A DNA stretch of 64,000 nucleotides from Felis catus (taxonomy: Eukaryota), in contig NC_058385.1 of the NCBI RefSeq assembly GCF_018350175.1, positions 51,708,001 to 51,772,000 of the forward strand, written 5' to 3'. Both the position numbers and the translations under genes were made by a program. How positions within the stretch are numbered: the stretch's first letter is position 1; the number at the start of each line of letters is the position of its first letter. This document shows positions 35,757 through 48,753 of the stretch, one piece after another. The notes under the pieces are model-generated. The model was not told the DNA's origin. It saw nothing but the letters and a program-made list of their open reading frames with translations, and searched no databases.

Positions 35757-35812
35757 AAACAGTTGATTTCAGTGAAGGATCAGGAAACAGTTGATTTCAG
35801 TGAAAGATCAAG
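35757..35812. repeat. 28-bp tandem duplication
   Basis: aaacagttgatttcagtgaaggatcagg / aaacagttgatttcagtgaaagatcaag. Confidence 0.9.
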
Positions 35813-36034
35813 AAGCAAGGCAAGGATTAACATCCGTAGTTGAAATACAGGGCAGCCCAAGAGGGATCCCAGGGAGGGAACCAATATCTCAAAGGTAGTA
35901 AAGAAGAAACGCATCCATTGGGGATAAGATAAAAACATTCTTTCTAGGCCCAATGTTTATTACTTGGTTTTATTCTTGACTCTTACATGTTTCATTCTAT
36001 TTTATCTTGAGTATATCCCATGAGTTGTGTATTT

Positions 36035-36130
36035 TTTTATCTCCATTTAGCAAATGAACAAATTAAGGCCCAGACAGGTTAAGTAGTTTGCCTGAGATCC
36101 CACAGTTAGTAACTGAAAGATCAAGGATTT
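36035..36130 (-). mobile_element. MIR
   Basis: ctccatttagcaaatgaacaaattaaggcccagacaggttaagtagtttgcc. Confidence 0.7.
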
Positions 36131-37722
36131 GTCTTCTGTACAAAAGCAGAGGCCTATTTGCTGTATGTCCCCACTTTCAATGGATAAAATCATCCTCTAT
36201 TTTACAAACAGCAAAATTACTTTATCATTAATACATATCCAGGTGATCTTCCCAAGCCCTTCAAAGATAACTGTTTAGATTTAAGGAGACTACTTAGCCG
36301 CTAAGGTTACACTTGGAGATTATTATAAATATTATCCAACATGAAATCCTAAAATGAGATAATTTACAAGGAAACAAACAGTAGATATTCTACAATAAGT
36401 GTTTATTAACCTGGCAGTAAACCTGATTGTGGAAAACAGATCCTTTTTCTCTGAACCCCATAGGTTTTTGTTACTCTTCATAAAGCAACTCCAAGAAATT
36501 TTGGAGGAAAGCTTCTGAAACATGAAATTCTTATTCAGAACTTGAAAAACTCGTAAGAAAGATTTATTTTTCTCCCCAATCTATATTTCTGCCAAAGTTT
36601 ATTGAGAAAATTCACATATACGCAATCAAGCTTATTTTAACATCATGCGTTTCCAATGTGGGTTAGACTTTTTTTCTTTTTTTAATTTCCATTTTCTCCA
36701 ATAAAACTGTGGTGCATTACTGAATACAAGTAAATTCAGTTTAAATAATTGTTTCAAATGGATCATGCTGTTAGCAATAACCAGAAAGTAATATCATTGC
36801 AAGAGACTAAATTTCACATTGGCTTGAGTTCTAAGATCATGAGAAAAAAAATAATGAAACTGTATGTAATATGGTTCCAGTATTTCAAAAGTTACTTTTC
36901 TTATTTATTTTTTTATTTTTTTAGCAAACCTTTCACCCTATCTCTGGTTTCTTTCTTTCTTTTTTCTTTTTTATGAATGGGGGTACAGTTTGTGTCAATA
37001 GTTTCCCCCCCAAAGCTGTGGAGGGTAGGGTAAACTCTATTTTGCATTTAATTGATTTCAGATGTAGCTGGTCAATTTGTTAGCTTTGACTTAAAACTTG
37101 CAACTTTTAAGAAGAAATGTGTGACTTCTTTCTGTACTATAAGCATAAAGAAGAGATTTCCTACATGTCAGCACTTCTTGGTGACATCTTCTGTGGCTAG
37201 GTCTAAATACAGACATTTGGAGGATTCTACAGAACATCAGTAAGGAAAAGTATAAGGAGGCTACCAAATGAACATTATACTCTTTGTTCACAGAATTTCA
37301 TGAAAGGCTTATTGACCACATATCCTACTTTGAAATTAATGCAGTTTGATTAGTTTAAGCTGCATGTGGTTATTCCTTTGTTTTTATACACACTTTTGTT
37401 TTAAAATTCCCCACGTGAGACATGGTCAGTTTATCTTTGTTTTCTCCTTGTTTTATGTTGTTGGATTCTTTCAGTTTTGAGTACTTACAGGTGGGGGTGA
37501 GAGGTTAGTTAATGATTCCATGAGAGAAGATACTGAATAGTATATACACATCAAACAAAAGAGAAGACCAAAAACAAAAACAGAGAAACTGTGAATTGTG
37601 TAATTCTTAGTGATTTCTTTAAAAATTTATGAAAAGCTTCTGGCATCTTTAAACATGTAAGTTGGTTTCTTCAAACACAACTAGGTGATTTCTCCCTGTG
37701 GATACTCATTGGTGAGCAATAC

Positions 37723-38192
37723 TGTGTATTAGCCAAAATTTTCTTAGGAAAACAGAAAGCATTCTAGGTGGTTGACCAAGAAAGGACTTAATACAAGGAA
37801 TTATATGCCTACAAAGCTATGGAAAATTCTGTGTAAAAGTCAGAACTATTGCTGGTTTAAAAACAATAACAACAGAAGTGCAAATATGGCAGGAAGCTCA
37901 TGCTAATGCTCTCAGTTGTCTCTAACACTGAAAAAAATGATTTGAGGAGAGAGTCAAGAAGTCTCTGAAAACCTCACATTGCCATCCACCCCTAAGTCTA
38001 CCCTTGCCCAAAGTCAAGTCTTATCTTCTCCTTTCCAAATCTGTATGTCCATAAATGAGTCCACCTCATTGATGGAATCTAAATGGAAATCTTGCTAGCA
38101 GGATAATGTAGATAAATCTAGTTTTCAGCCTCTAGCCCTTTGGGTCTTTGTATGTAAAAGGTCAGGAATGGAAGTGCAATGATATCCATACA
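37723..38192 (-). mobile_element. Old MaLR/ERVL-type LTR
   Basis: tgtgtattagcc...aacagaaagcattctagg...taatacaaggaatt terminal motif; highly degraded. Confidence 0.45.
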
Positions 38193-39088
38193 ATAAAGAG
38201 CACACTGACCAACTCTGTAAGTCTTCGATGGAATTGTAGATTTCCCCAAAGCACTGGCTTGAGTAATATTGAATGACTTAGCATTCTAAATGTGGACATA
38301 TCTATTCTTATCCTGCCTCTTAACTTCAGAGAGGACAAGGTGTTTCTTTAATTTACAAGATGGTGTTCATGTCAAATCATATAATCCAAAGGGACCCATG
38401 ATCTGTCCAACACAAGGTAGTAAGAAAGTTACGCAGCAACCGACAACATGTGAAACGTTCAGCTTTCCTTTGCTTTTGATGAGCATTTGTGTTAGCAAAT
38501 CTGATCACATTAAAAGGCCAAGTAAGCAGGAATGTATTTCAGCATTTTGTTTATTTTGTTTTGGAAGGTAAAAGTTTAACCTTACGTTGTGGAAATATCC
38601 TTTAAGGTATATCCAATTTGTTTTCAATTGGTAAGGGCAGTTAAGCTTGTACATATTATCAGTGTAAGGAACCTCAGAGAAAAGCTCATTGCTCTTTTTG
38701 ACTGACATAAAACTATGTAAAAGTATTCTGTGTTCCCCTGTAAGTAAAAATAATGTATAAAAAAATCGTAATGCTGCAACTTATCATCATAGGACATAGT
38801 AGATTCTCCCTGAGAATTTTGTATGAAAGATTGTGTAATTGTGCTGGGATGATTTGTAAGGTTTGAAGCAAGGTTTCTCCAGATTTATTTCTCCTATTAT
38901 TTAATTAACTTTTTGTAACTATCCTATTATGAGATAAAAGCCTTCAAGATAGCTAGTAATACACTGTATAAATTTACATCTAGATTTTCATCAGTTTGCT
39001 AGAGTTTATCACTGAGAAAGTGATTATAGCAAAAGTCAATACTACCCATCTTATGTCACTGTTATTTAACAGTTTGTGGAAGTTTTAG

Positions 39089-39304
39089 ATCAGGCTTTCT
39101 CAGCCTCAGTGCTAATGCCATTTTGGGCCAAATAATTCTTTGTTGTAGGAAATTACCCTGTGCATTGTAGAATGTTTAGCGGCACCCCTGGCCTGTCTCC
39201 ACAAAATGCCAATAGCACAAACCCCAGCAGTGACAACCCAAACTATCCCCAAACGTTGCCAAATGTCCCCTGGGGGTAAAATTACGTCTGGTTAAGAATC
39301 ATTC
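39089..39304. mobile_element. MER20 (hAT-Charlie)
   Basis: ttttgggccaaataattctttgttgt...ccctgtgcattgtagaatgtttagcggcacccctggcc...gccaaatgtcccctggggg. Confidence 0.9.
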
Positions 39305-39309
39305 TTCTG

Positions 39310-40055
39310 GATAATGCAATACAATAAAAATAGAAATTAGAAAAAAAGCAACTGAAGGAGAGAGAAAATTACCATTTTAGATAATGCAGTTGTCTACCTG
39401 GTTGGTAAAACCAAGGCATTCAATTGAAAAGTCATTTGGATGAAAGACTTCACNNNNNNNNNNNNNNNNNNNNNNNNNNNNNNNNNNNNNNNNNNNNNNN
39501 NNNNNNNNNNNNNNNNNNNNNNNNNNNNNNNNNNNNNNNNNNNNNNNNNNNNNNNNNNNNNNNNNNNNNNNNNNNNNNNNNNNNNNNNNNNNNNNNNNNN
39601 NNNNNNNNNNNNNNNNNNNNNNNNNNNNNTATATATAATCATAAATATACAAAATCTATAACCATCAATAACAAATTAGAAAATGAGATTTAGGAGTCCC
39701 TTTTATAATGAGCAGCAAAAACAAAATAAAAACTAGGGGGAAAAATAGGGAATGTATGGACATTATAAAAAGAAAGGAATGGAAATCATTTTGCTCTTCC
39801 AGATACTAAAGCATATCATAAACCTATAATAATCGAAGCCAGTGCTACACCAATGCAGTAATTAGCCGATAGACCAATATAACAGAATAAGTGGCTTCAA
39901 AACTAATTTTAATTCATGTAAAAAATTAGTTTGAAAAGTAACATCAAAAATCAGAAGGTAAAGGAAATAAAGTTAATTTAATGATGCTGGTACATTGATT
40001 AACCATTTGGAAGAGAAATGTTACATATTTCACACTTTACATTTCAGCAAAATAA
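39310..40055 (+). mobile_element. Old L1 ORF2 fragments (spanning a gap)
   Basis: A-rich L1 ORF2-like motifs (atagaccaatataacagaata, aatgatgctggtacattgattaaccatttgg). Confidence 0.6.
39454..39629. other. Assembly gap (176 N)
   Basis: N-run. Confidence 1.
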
Positions 40056-40422
40056 ATGTTGACTCTTCTGTGCCATTTTGTGGGTCTCGCTCTACCCGAG
40101 GGCCTGTGCTTTCTCCTCTACCAAGCTACTTGGCTTTCACCCTTGGGCTTACCTGAGCCACTTTCTCCTCTAACACATGCAGTCTCCATTAGATTGCCCT
40201 CTTAGCACACCAAGATGTGCTTAGCTTGTATCATGGATGTCTGTTCACTTAGCTCCCTTCTGTGCTGAACAGTGCGCTCTTTGAGGACACTTCTGTCACT
40301 GCACTCCCAGGCTCTAGCTTTGTAGACTTGTATCGCAGAGCATACTTCTGAAGGAATCATTCATTATTTGAAATTCTGTTAAAATGTGAACAACATAAAC
40401 TTTACCATTCTAACCATTTTTT

Positions 40423-40625
40423 CTTCATGTTTATTTATTTATTTTGAGAGAGAGTGAGCAGGGAAGGGGCAGAGAGCAAGGGAGAGAGCAAGAGAATCCC
40501 AAGCAGGCTCCACACTGTCAGAGCAGAGCCCTACAGCGGGGCTCAATCTCACAAAACCATGAGATCAAAACCTGAGCTGAAATCAGGAGTCCAATGTTTA
40601 ACCGACTAAGCCACCCAAGCACCCC
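40423..40625 (-). mobile_element. Can-SINE
   Basis: TSD cattctaaccatttttt / cattttaaccatttttt. Confidence 0.92.
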
Positions 40626-40805
40626 TCATTTTAACCATTTTTTAAGTGCACGTCTTGTTGGCATTAAGTGCATTCATCATTCATAGAGTTGTGCAACCAT
40701 CACCCCCATCTATCTCCAAAACATTTTTGGTCTTGCAAAACTGAAACTCTGCACCAGTTAAACAGTGACTCCCCATTCTCCCCAACTCCCCCCTCCCCTC
40801 CCTGG

Positions 40806-40982
40806 NNNNNNNNNNNNNNNNNNNNNNNNNNNNNNNNNNNNNNNNNNNNNNNNNNNNNNNNNNNNNNNNNNNNNNNNNNNNNNNNNNNNNNNNNNNNNNN
40901 NNNNNNNNNNNNNNNNNNNNNNNNNNNNNNNNNNNNNNNNNNNNNNNNNNNNNNNNNNNNNNNNNNNNNNNNNNNNNNNNNN
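40806..40982. other. Assembly gap (177 N)
   Basis: N-run. Confidence 1.
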
Positions 40983-42004
40983 ATTTCACGTGTATATACC
41001 CCATTTTCTTTATCCATTCCTCCATCAGGGGAGACCTGGACTGCTCCTACCTTTTGGTTATTGTGAATAATGCTGCTATAAACTTACGCGTACAAATACT
41101 TGTTTGTATCCCTGCTTTCATTTTTTTTAGTATATACCTCAAAGTGGAATTGGTGGATAAAATGATAATTCTATCTCTGATCACTTGAGGACACACCATA
41201 CTTTTCTCATAGGGGCTGCGCAATTTTATATTCCCACTAGCAATTCACGAGAGTTTTTCTTCACATTCTCTGCCAACACTTAGCTTTATCTGTTTACTTT
41301 GTTTAAAATTTCAATTCTAATATAGTTCATGTACACTATTATATTAGTTACAGGTATACAATATAGTGATTCAACAATTCATTACATTACTCAGTGCTCA
41401 TCATGGTAAATGTATCTTTAATCCCCATCACCTATTTCACGCATCTCACCACCCTCCTGCCTTCTGGTAACCGTAAGAGTCTGTTTTTTGGTTTGTCTCT
41501 TTTTTTTTCTTTGTTCATTTGTTCCTGAAGTTCCACATATAAGTGAGATCATACGGTATTTATCTTTCTCTGACTTATTTTACTTAGCATTATACTCTCT
41601 AGCTCCGTCCATATTGTTGCACATGTCTGTTTATTTTTAAAATAATAGTCATCCTAATGGGTATGAAGTGGTAGGAATCACTCATTTTTGTGTCTTAGCA
41701 ATTAACTAATTTGACTCCCTCGTTTTGCCATAAGCAGACCCAGTGCCAGGAGACTCACGGCACCTACTCTGGGGTAAGTGGCTGTTGAACGTGTTTCCTG
41801 AGTCCTGGTCCAGTGCTCCTTTCACCAAGGCACACTCCTCTGGTCGCACAAGTAGACACAAAGAGGGACGGAGGAGAAGCTTTCCATTTTGATTTCACCT
41901 TTGCCTGCCTTTTGTTTTGTGGCTGAACATGTTCTTTCAGTATAAAAAAAGAGAGAGAACAGGAAAATACGAGACTACAGAGGAAGCAGCCATAAAAATG
42001 TGCC

Positions 42005-42085
42005 TAACGGGAATATTGCTGTATCACGCACTTAAAATTTTGCTAAGAGGGTAGGTGTCATGTGAAGTGCTCTTAACACAATAAG
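42005..42085 (+). mobile_element. Short L1 3' end
   Basis: cttaaaattttgctaagagggtagg...gtgaagtgctcttaacacaataa. Confidence 0.6.
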
Positions 42086-42809
42086 AAATGTTATATAGAA
42101 TGCTGAATAAGAAACATGGACAAATATTTTGTCTACAAAGCAGTAGAGAAGGATGAATTAAAAGTAATTTATACTCTGTCTCGACAGTGAATGGGTAACA
42201 GCTGAAGTAGTTTTCACGTATTAGCATACTGTATGTTTGGGACTTGAATGAAGCAGTTGATAGGAAATTGCCGTGTGTAAAAGAGAGTTGAATATTTTAG
42301 TGGGATGTGTATTGCCTGTTGCTTTGTCATTTTCTATTAATATGAAGAGATTTGGATTTGACTTTCAGAGTTCTCAAAATATTTGGGGATTCAAAGGTAA
42401 TGTAGTCTGTGAATATTATAAAATGTGCCATTTTCTGGCAGTCTAAAACTAGCTGCAGAAAAAGAACTGCTTGTCTAAACATCCAATCACATAATTCTTT
42501 CCCCTCACTGCAATTGATCACAACACAAAAATAACCCCCACACTTTCCTGAATATATTAAAGCAGCATAAAGTGGCAGTCCTAATGCCAGCAAAGACTAC
42601 ACGTGCCTCAAAGCCATGATCACTGGAAAAAAACAGCACCAGTGATATAAATCTAAGCTATGGGCTCCCATCCTCCAGGGAGTTGGAAGAGCCCACACAG
42701 ACACACCGCTCCTTGAAGCAAAGGAAGTGATGAGTCACAAATCTGACTGCACAAGTCCCAGAACATCTTAGATTTTCCCATCATAAAACCTATTATACAT
42801 TATGGAAGT

Positions 42810-42960
42810 AACTTTCATCCCTCTCCAGACCATAATCTCCAGGAAGGCAGGAGTCATGGCTGCTTGGTTCATCAGTAGCTCGCAACACTCTGCTCAGGGC
42901 TAGGCACATAGCAAACATTCAGTGAACACCTGCTGACTTGGTGAGTGAACATTGAATGTT
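42810..42960 (+). mobile_element. L2 3' end
   Basis: ctccaggaaggcaggag...ggcacatagcaaacattcagtgaacacctgctga. Confidence 0.7.
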
Positions 42961-43309
42961 AGCAAATATGTATTAGCATGCTTGGGAAAGCTCAATGGTT
43001 TTTTTTTTGTTTGTTTTTTTAATTTTGGAGTTTTATTTCTGCTCATGACACCAACGGTTCTTTCTTACTAATGTCCCATCATATCTGTCTTTTTTTTTAA
43101 TTTGGGGATTGGCAAAACATTTTTTTCCCATATGTTTTTAAAACCGTGTGATCACTTAGATGAAAAACTAAAGGCCTAAGTGATAACGGTCAACTATCAT
43201 TATCCACTTGGGAGATCTTCCTGTTCTGTGTCCTGTTACAGAAGTCAGTTCTGACTCCTGCATCTCCTGCCTTTGGAAAGATCACAGTTTAGCAGAGGTC
43301 AGCCTGAAT

Positions 43310-43560
43310 AAAAATAACAGGTATTTCTCAATTCTTCCTATTTGCCTAGCATCATGCTAATGAGTTTTTTCTAGGCATCTAATTTAATCTTTACAACACT
43401 GCTATGAGGTAGATGTCCTCGTCATTCCTATATTACATGAAAAAACTGTGGCTTAAGTTGCTTACATGGCTGCCCAGTCACAGTGCTATTCAGGAGCGGA
43501 ACGTGGAAAGCTGGGCTCTGCTGCTAATGCGATGGTCTCCGACTGCTCTCTCCTCTAAGC
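43310..43560 (-). mobile_element. MIR
   Basis: tttaatctttacaacactgctatgaggtag...gaaaaaactgtggctt. Confidence 0.7.
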
Positions 43561-44520
43561 AGAGGGTGACAGTGCAGACATGTAGGCAAAGCTCTTGAGA
43601 CACCACTCTATGTACACTAGACACAGAGCAAAAACCAAAATCACGGTATATGTCCTCACAACAGCGTTCTGTGTGACTCATCGGTGAGGCTTCCAGAAGC
43701 CTCAGACATCTGGATCTCACTCATGGTGGAACAGATCTACCTGTCTAGGACACTAGATGAGCCCAAACGAAGCAAAAATGAGCGAGCAGTGCAGGGTACA
43801 GCTATCACAACACTAAAGCACTCAATTGTTTCTTTATCCTAGAATGGTTCTCTTTTCTAAGCCTCAGCTAATTAATGCCTATTAATGCCCTCAGACTTAA
43901 GTCATATGCTATCTCTCCTGTGAAACCTTCTCCCACTCCCACAACGAACCTTCCCATTCTCTGTGCTCCCATTCTGTTACACCGTGGTTTATTTGGGCAT
44001 TTAAGTGGAGTAATAGAATTCCAATAGTTTACCATCAAGAGCAGTTAATAAGTATGTAAATTATCTGGAAAATTCACTCATCCTGGCGCACTGTATTTAT
44101 TTTAAGAAAATAGCCAATTAAACATAGTGTCCAAACAACAGCCAGCTATGTAGGTATGGTTCAATAATTGTTGTGATTAGAGAATATTTCTTGTTGAAAT
44201 GAGCAAAATTTAGTTGAAACATAACAATTAAGAAATGAGCCACAGGAAAAACACTCTAAAGTCTTCTATTCAAACATTTGGGTAAAGGACAAAAATATAA
44301 AAAAGTTTAGTTATTTGTTTTGGCATTTGGTTCACTTTTTTTTTTCTTTTTTTGCTTGTGTAGACTATAATGAAATATCTTTCTGCTACTGGAATTCTGA
44401 TCTTCATTTGTGATAACAGTTCCATTAGAATGCTGAGACCAGCCACATCTAAGCTCAGTATCTTCGAGAGTGGGAAGGACTTGGTGGTGTTCCTTTATTT
44501 TTCTTGTAGCTATTTTTTTT

Positions 44521-44885
44521 AATACACTCTAGCTCTATCCATGTCGATGCAAATGGCAAATTTTCATTGTCTTTTTTTTTTAAGAATTGATTGTCAATCT
44601 GGCTAACATACAGTGTGTAAAGTGTGCTCTTGGTTTTGGGGGTAGAATCCTGTGGTTCATCGCTTACATACAACACCCAGTGCTCATCCCAGCAAGTGCC
44701 CTCCTCAATGCCCATCACCCATTTTCCCCTCTCCCCCACCCCACCCCCATCCACCCTCAGTTTGTTCTCTGTATTTGAGAGTCTCTTCTGGTTTGCCTCT
44801 CTCCCTCTCTGTTTGTAACTATTTTTTTTCCCGTCCCTTTCCCTATATGTGGATCTTGAGAAACTTAACAGAAGAAGACCATGGG
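44521..44885 (-). mobile_element. Feline L1 3' end with 5' inversion (44844-44885) and an extra segment beyond the poly(A) tail (44521-44571)
   Basis: TSD gtagctatttttttt (44506-44520) / gtagctaattttttt (44886-44900); L1_Fc 3' UTR at 44582-44843 on the minus strand; inverted piece tatatgtggatcttgagaaacttaacagaagaagaccatggg on the plus strand. Confidence 0.9.
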
Positions 44886-46907
44886 GTAGCTAATTTTTTT
44901 AAAGGTAGATTTGATATCAAAGGAAGGGCTCCATAAGTACTCCTTGGCACTAGGGGAATCAGTGATGCTAAGAGATTAGGTGCAGTAAGAGAACAGGCAG
45001 GATTTACATGTCCTTTGAGATGCTAAGGCTTCAGCCATAGAGAAAGTAGGTCCACCACTCTTGTGCTGCCCACAGGCGAAGTGCTTGGCTGAACTTTCAG
45101 CTGTTGGAAGAGCTGCAGCTGAGAAGATAAACTGGCCAGGGCTTTCTTTTATGGGTCTATTCTAAATAGTCTCATTTCTGTTTATCAAGTAAATCATTTG
45201 TTCATGTCCCCCCAACCGCTGTATGACTATTCTGTGTGGACAGCCAGCTCTGTTTCTATTCTTAGGCAGTATCAGTATGTGGACTTCAGGCCTAAACTAT
45301 GGCTACATTTAAAAATCAAAGTTGAGTTCACTGCATTCAGGCCTCCTAGAAACCCACAGAGACTTCAGAGACATGAAATGTTAAGCCTTCCTGATAGATA
45401 GCAGTTTGTAAATGTAGCTGGTAACTGGCCAGATATATTGGTGAAAAACCACAGAGTAATTGTGATTCCACACATTCTCTGTGTCTTCCTGAGAGAGGAT
45501 TTCGTGACTCTTGCATCTTCAAAAGTTTAAAAATATAGCTTTTCTGGTGAACGGAGGTGACCAGAGACTGTTTATCCGTAGATTTTCATATGTGACATTC
45601 ATTTGAATTGCATTAAGTTTATTAGTATGAATATGTCATTTCTCTTAACACTGGTGACATTGTTGGGTTCTCAGTTTACTTAGTTCCACATGATTTCTGG
45701 AAGCTTGAGTGTGGCCAAGGGGGTGGATCATTTTAACTTGCTTCTCCAAATAAATAATAGCATCCTGGATATCAAAGACTGTTTTATTCTCCTATTAAAT
45801 GCCCCTTGGCTGTGATCAGAGTGGCAGGCATGCATTAGTGTTTCATAAACATTTGCTGACATCTTAGGAAAGAAATTTTTGTAAACAAAAAGGAGAAAAA
45901 ATTAGTAGGCATAACTAGAAATATATTCTTATTTAGAGAAACAATTACCCTAAAGTCTTACACATTAAAAAGTAAAATGCAAACAAAACCTGTAATGTAA
46001 TTCTTAAATAATTTCTATCCTTGTATTATATTTAAAAAAAACCATAATACTATATTAAAAGCAAAAGTATACATCCTGTTCCCCTAAGCCATAAATCTTG
46101 CTATTCTTGCCTATAGCTCTTTATTTGTGAAGTTCCTCTTTTACCTGAGGGCCATTTTCACTTTCCATTCGTGGACTTTTCCTTTTTCTTTAAGGTTCAA
46201 CTCATGTAGCATCACTTTTAGAAAGCCACTAGAATACCTCTGTATTAATACTTGATATTTCATGCTAAAATATCTCTTCTGCATTACCTTAAGATCCCTG
46301 AGGGCCAAGTTTATGACCCATGTATCTTTCTTTCCCAATGCCTGCAATGTAGTAAACATTCAATAAAAAGTTTTAAGCCTAAATACCATTTTATTTATAT
46401 TTATATTTATATTTGTATCTATATTTATATTTCTATCATCAATTTTCAGAATCCCAGAAGGTTTTTTCTTGTTATATTCTCTGTAATATCCAAATCCCAG
46501 GATCCATCAAATTACCATAGATTTCTGGCAATACCATAATCTCCTCTGTGTCCATGGTTATCAAACTTGACTGCACATTGAAATCATGTGGGAAGTTTTA
46601 AAACCTACTCATGCGCATAATAAGACATATCAACATCATGTATACCCGATATGATGAACTGAGGGGGGCTACAATAGCACCCTGTGGTATTCTTCCCAAA
46701 AGAGCATAATCCAGTTTAATTATTAAAAAAATCAGACAGATCCAGTTGAGGAGCGGTCTACAAAATGACTGGCCAGCATTCTTCAACATGGTTAATTTTA
46801 TGTGATGTGAATTTCTCCTCCAATCTCATGATCTAATGCAGGATCCTGAATGAAACCCTGAATGATAAAATGGCCATTAGTTTACCAGGAAAACTGGTAA
46901 TATTTTA

Positions 46908-46936
46908 TTTTCTTTTTATTTTTTTAAATGTTTATT

Positions 46937-46977
<41 letters not shown>

Positions 46978-47145
46978 TGAGCGAGCAGGGGAGGGGCAGA
47001 GAGAGAGGGAGACATAGAATCCAAAGTAGGCTCCAGGCTCGAGTTGTCAGCACAGAACCCAACGTGGGGCTCGAACTCACAAACCGTGAGATCATGACTT
47101 GAGCCAAAGTTGGATGCTTAACCCACTGAGCCACCCGGGTGCTCC
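46908..47145 (-). mobile_element. Feline SINEC with (GA)n expansion
   Basis: Perfect TSD aaaactggtaatatttta (46890-46907 / 47146-47163). Confidence 0.95.
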
Positions 47146-47334
47146 AAAACTGGTAATATTTTAATAAGACTTGTAGATTAGTTAAAATATCCTCTCAATG
47201 TTAATTTCCTGATTTTGATAATTGACTATGGTTATATAAGATATAGTGTTAGAGGAAGCTGGGTAAAAGTTATATAGCGATTATCATTATTTCAACTTTA
47301 CCATAAGTCTACAATTATTTAAAAATAAAAAGTT

Positions 47335-47520
47335 GGGGAGCCTGGATGGCTCAGTTGGTTGAGTGTACGACTCTTGATTTTGGCTCAGGTCATGATCCCA
47401 GGGTTTTGGGATCAAGCCCCGCATCAAGCTACACATGGGGAGTCCCTCTTCCCCACTCATGCACTCTCACTCTCTCTCAAATAAAAATTTTAAAATACAT
47501 AAATAAAAAGAAAAAATTAA
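47335..47520 (+). mobile_element. Older Can-SINE with internal deletion
   Basis: ggggagcctggatggctcagttgg...gactcttgattttggctcaggtcatgatcccaggg. Confidence 0.88.
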
Positions 47521-48334
47521 AAGACTGTAAAAAATTATTTATGTTACGTCTAGATGTTCTGATTTAACTTGTCTGGGTTCAGACTTGGGCATGGGGACTT
47601 TAAAAATCTTCCCAAGTGATTCTGATGGACAGACAAGCTGAGAACCAGCACTCTAAGCCTATGAACTTGGCTGTCTATTGGAGTCACCTGGGAAGATTTT
47701 TTTTTTTTTAATCCCAATTCTCACTCCTTATCCCAGATTAAATCAGAATATCTAAGTGTTGAGCCAACACGCTGATATTTTAAAGAATTTCCTTAGGCAA
47801 CTCTATGCAAGTCATGGTAGAAAACTGTTGCTTTCAGCTAATATTCCCAAATATGCATGATCATACCATATCTTGGAATGTTCCATGATTGTGAAAAGGG
47901 TCATGAGCATTTTAATGTAGAGGTACCCACTCTGTATCAATACTCAGAGGAGAGTATTTTAACATTTATCCAAAGTGAATTTTATGACCAGAAAAGTTTG
48001 GGAAACATTATCTAGAAATACTGAAGTTGTTCTGGATTCTGGCAGTGAAGGCTAAGGCCCTATCAAGAGACATTTCCATATGGTAGCAGTGAGGAAGGTT
48101 AAAGCAATGGACTTCAGAGGAAGTCCATGGGTAGTAAATCCCCTAAATCTGATGGAATGTAAGTTTGGCCATTATTTACTCAATAGTGATTTACTAGAGG
48201 TAGAGTAATGGAGAGTCATGTCCCTGATCTCATAAAACTTGCATTCCAGTCGTAGAGGGACACAAATGATAAATAAGTAAAATTGCAAATGAACATGATA
48301 ATTTCAGATAAATTACACCTGAAAAATAATCTTA

Positions 48335-48463
48335 NNNNNNNNNNNNNNNNNNNNNNNNNNNNNNNNNNNNNNNNNNNNNNNNNNNNNNNNNNNNNNNNNN
48401 NNNNNNNNNNNNNNNNNNNNNNNNNNNNNNNNNNNNNNNNNNNNNNNNNNNNNNNNNNNNNNN
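48335..48463. other. Assembly gap (129 N)
   Basis: N-run. Confidence 1.
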
Positions 48464-48753
48464 ATGAACCTAGAACACCTTACGTTAAGTGAAATAAGCC
48501 CAGAACCCAAGAGCCTCATATTGTGTGGCTCCATTTATATGAAATATGCAGAAAAGGTAAATCCATAGAGACAGAACACAGATTGATAGTTGCTAGGAGC
48601 TCAGGACGATGAGATAGAGAGCAACTGCTTAATAAATACAGCATTTCCTTTTGGGGTAATAAAAATATTTGGGGAATAGATGGAGGTTGGCTGTACAACA
48701 TTGCAAATGCACGAAGTGCCACTGGATTGTTCACTTTAATATTGTTCATTTTA

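Larger units (their letters stand above)
40380..41675 (-). mobile_element. L1MB-type element with a nested SINE, a gap and a nested carnivore L1 3' end (~41310-41625)
   Basis: aacataaactttaccattctaaccatttt...gtgcaaccatcacc...ttgtgaataatgctgctataaac...gtcatcctaatgggtatgaagtggta. Confidence 0.85.
46550..47830. mobile_element. Nested cluster: MER5-like DNA element(s) split by an L1MC 3' end (~46606-47330, +), itself split by SINEs
   Basis: MER5 motifs (ggttatcaaacttgactgcacattgaaatca; cccaagtgattctgat...gctgagaaccagc) flank L1MC motifs (atcagacagatccagttgaggag; aatgttaatttcctgattttgataatt). Confidence 0.65.

Noticed and set aside
39377-48534. ORFs containing long X runs
   Set aside because: Artefacts of translating through N-gaps.
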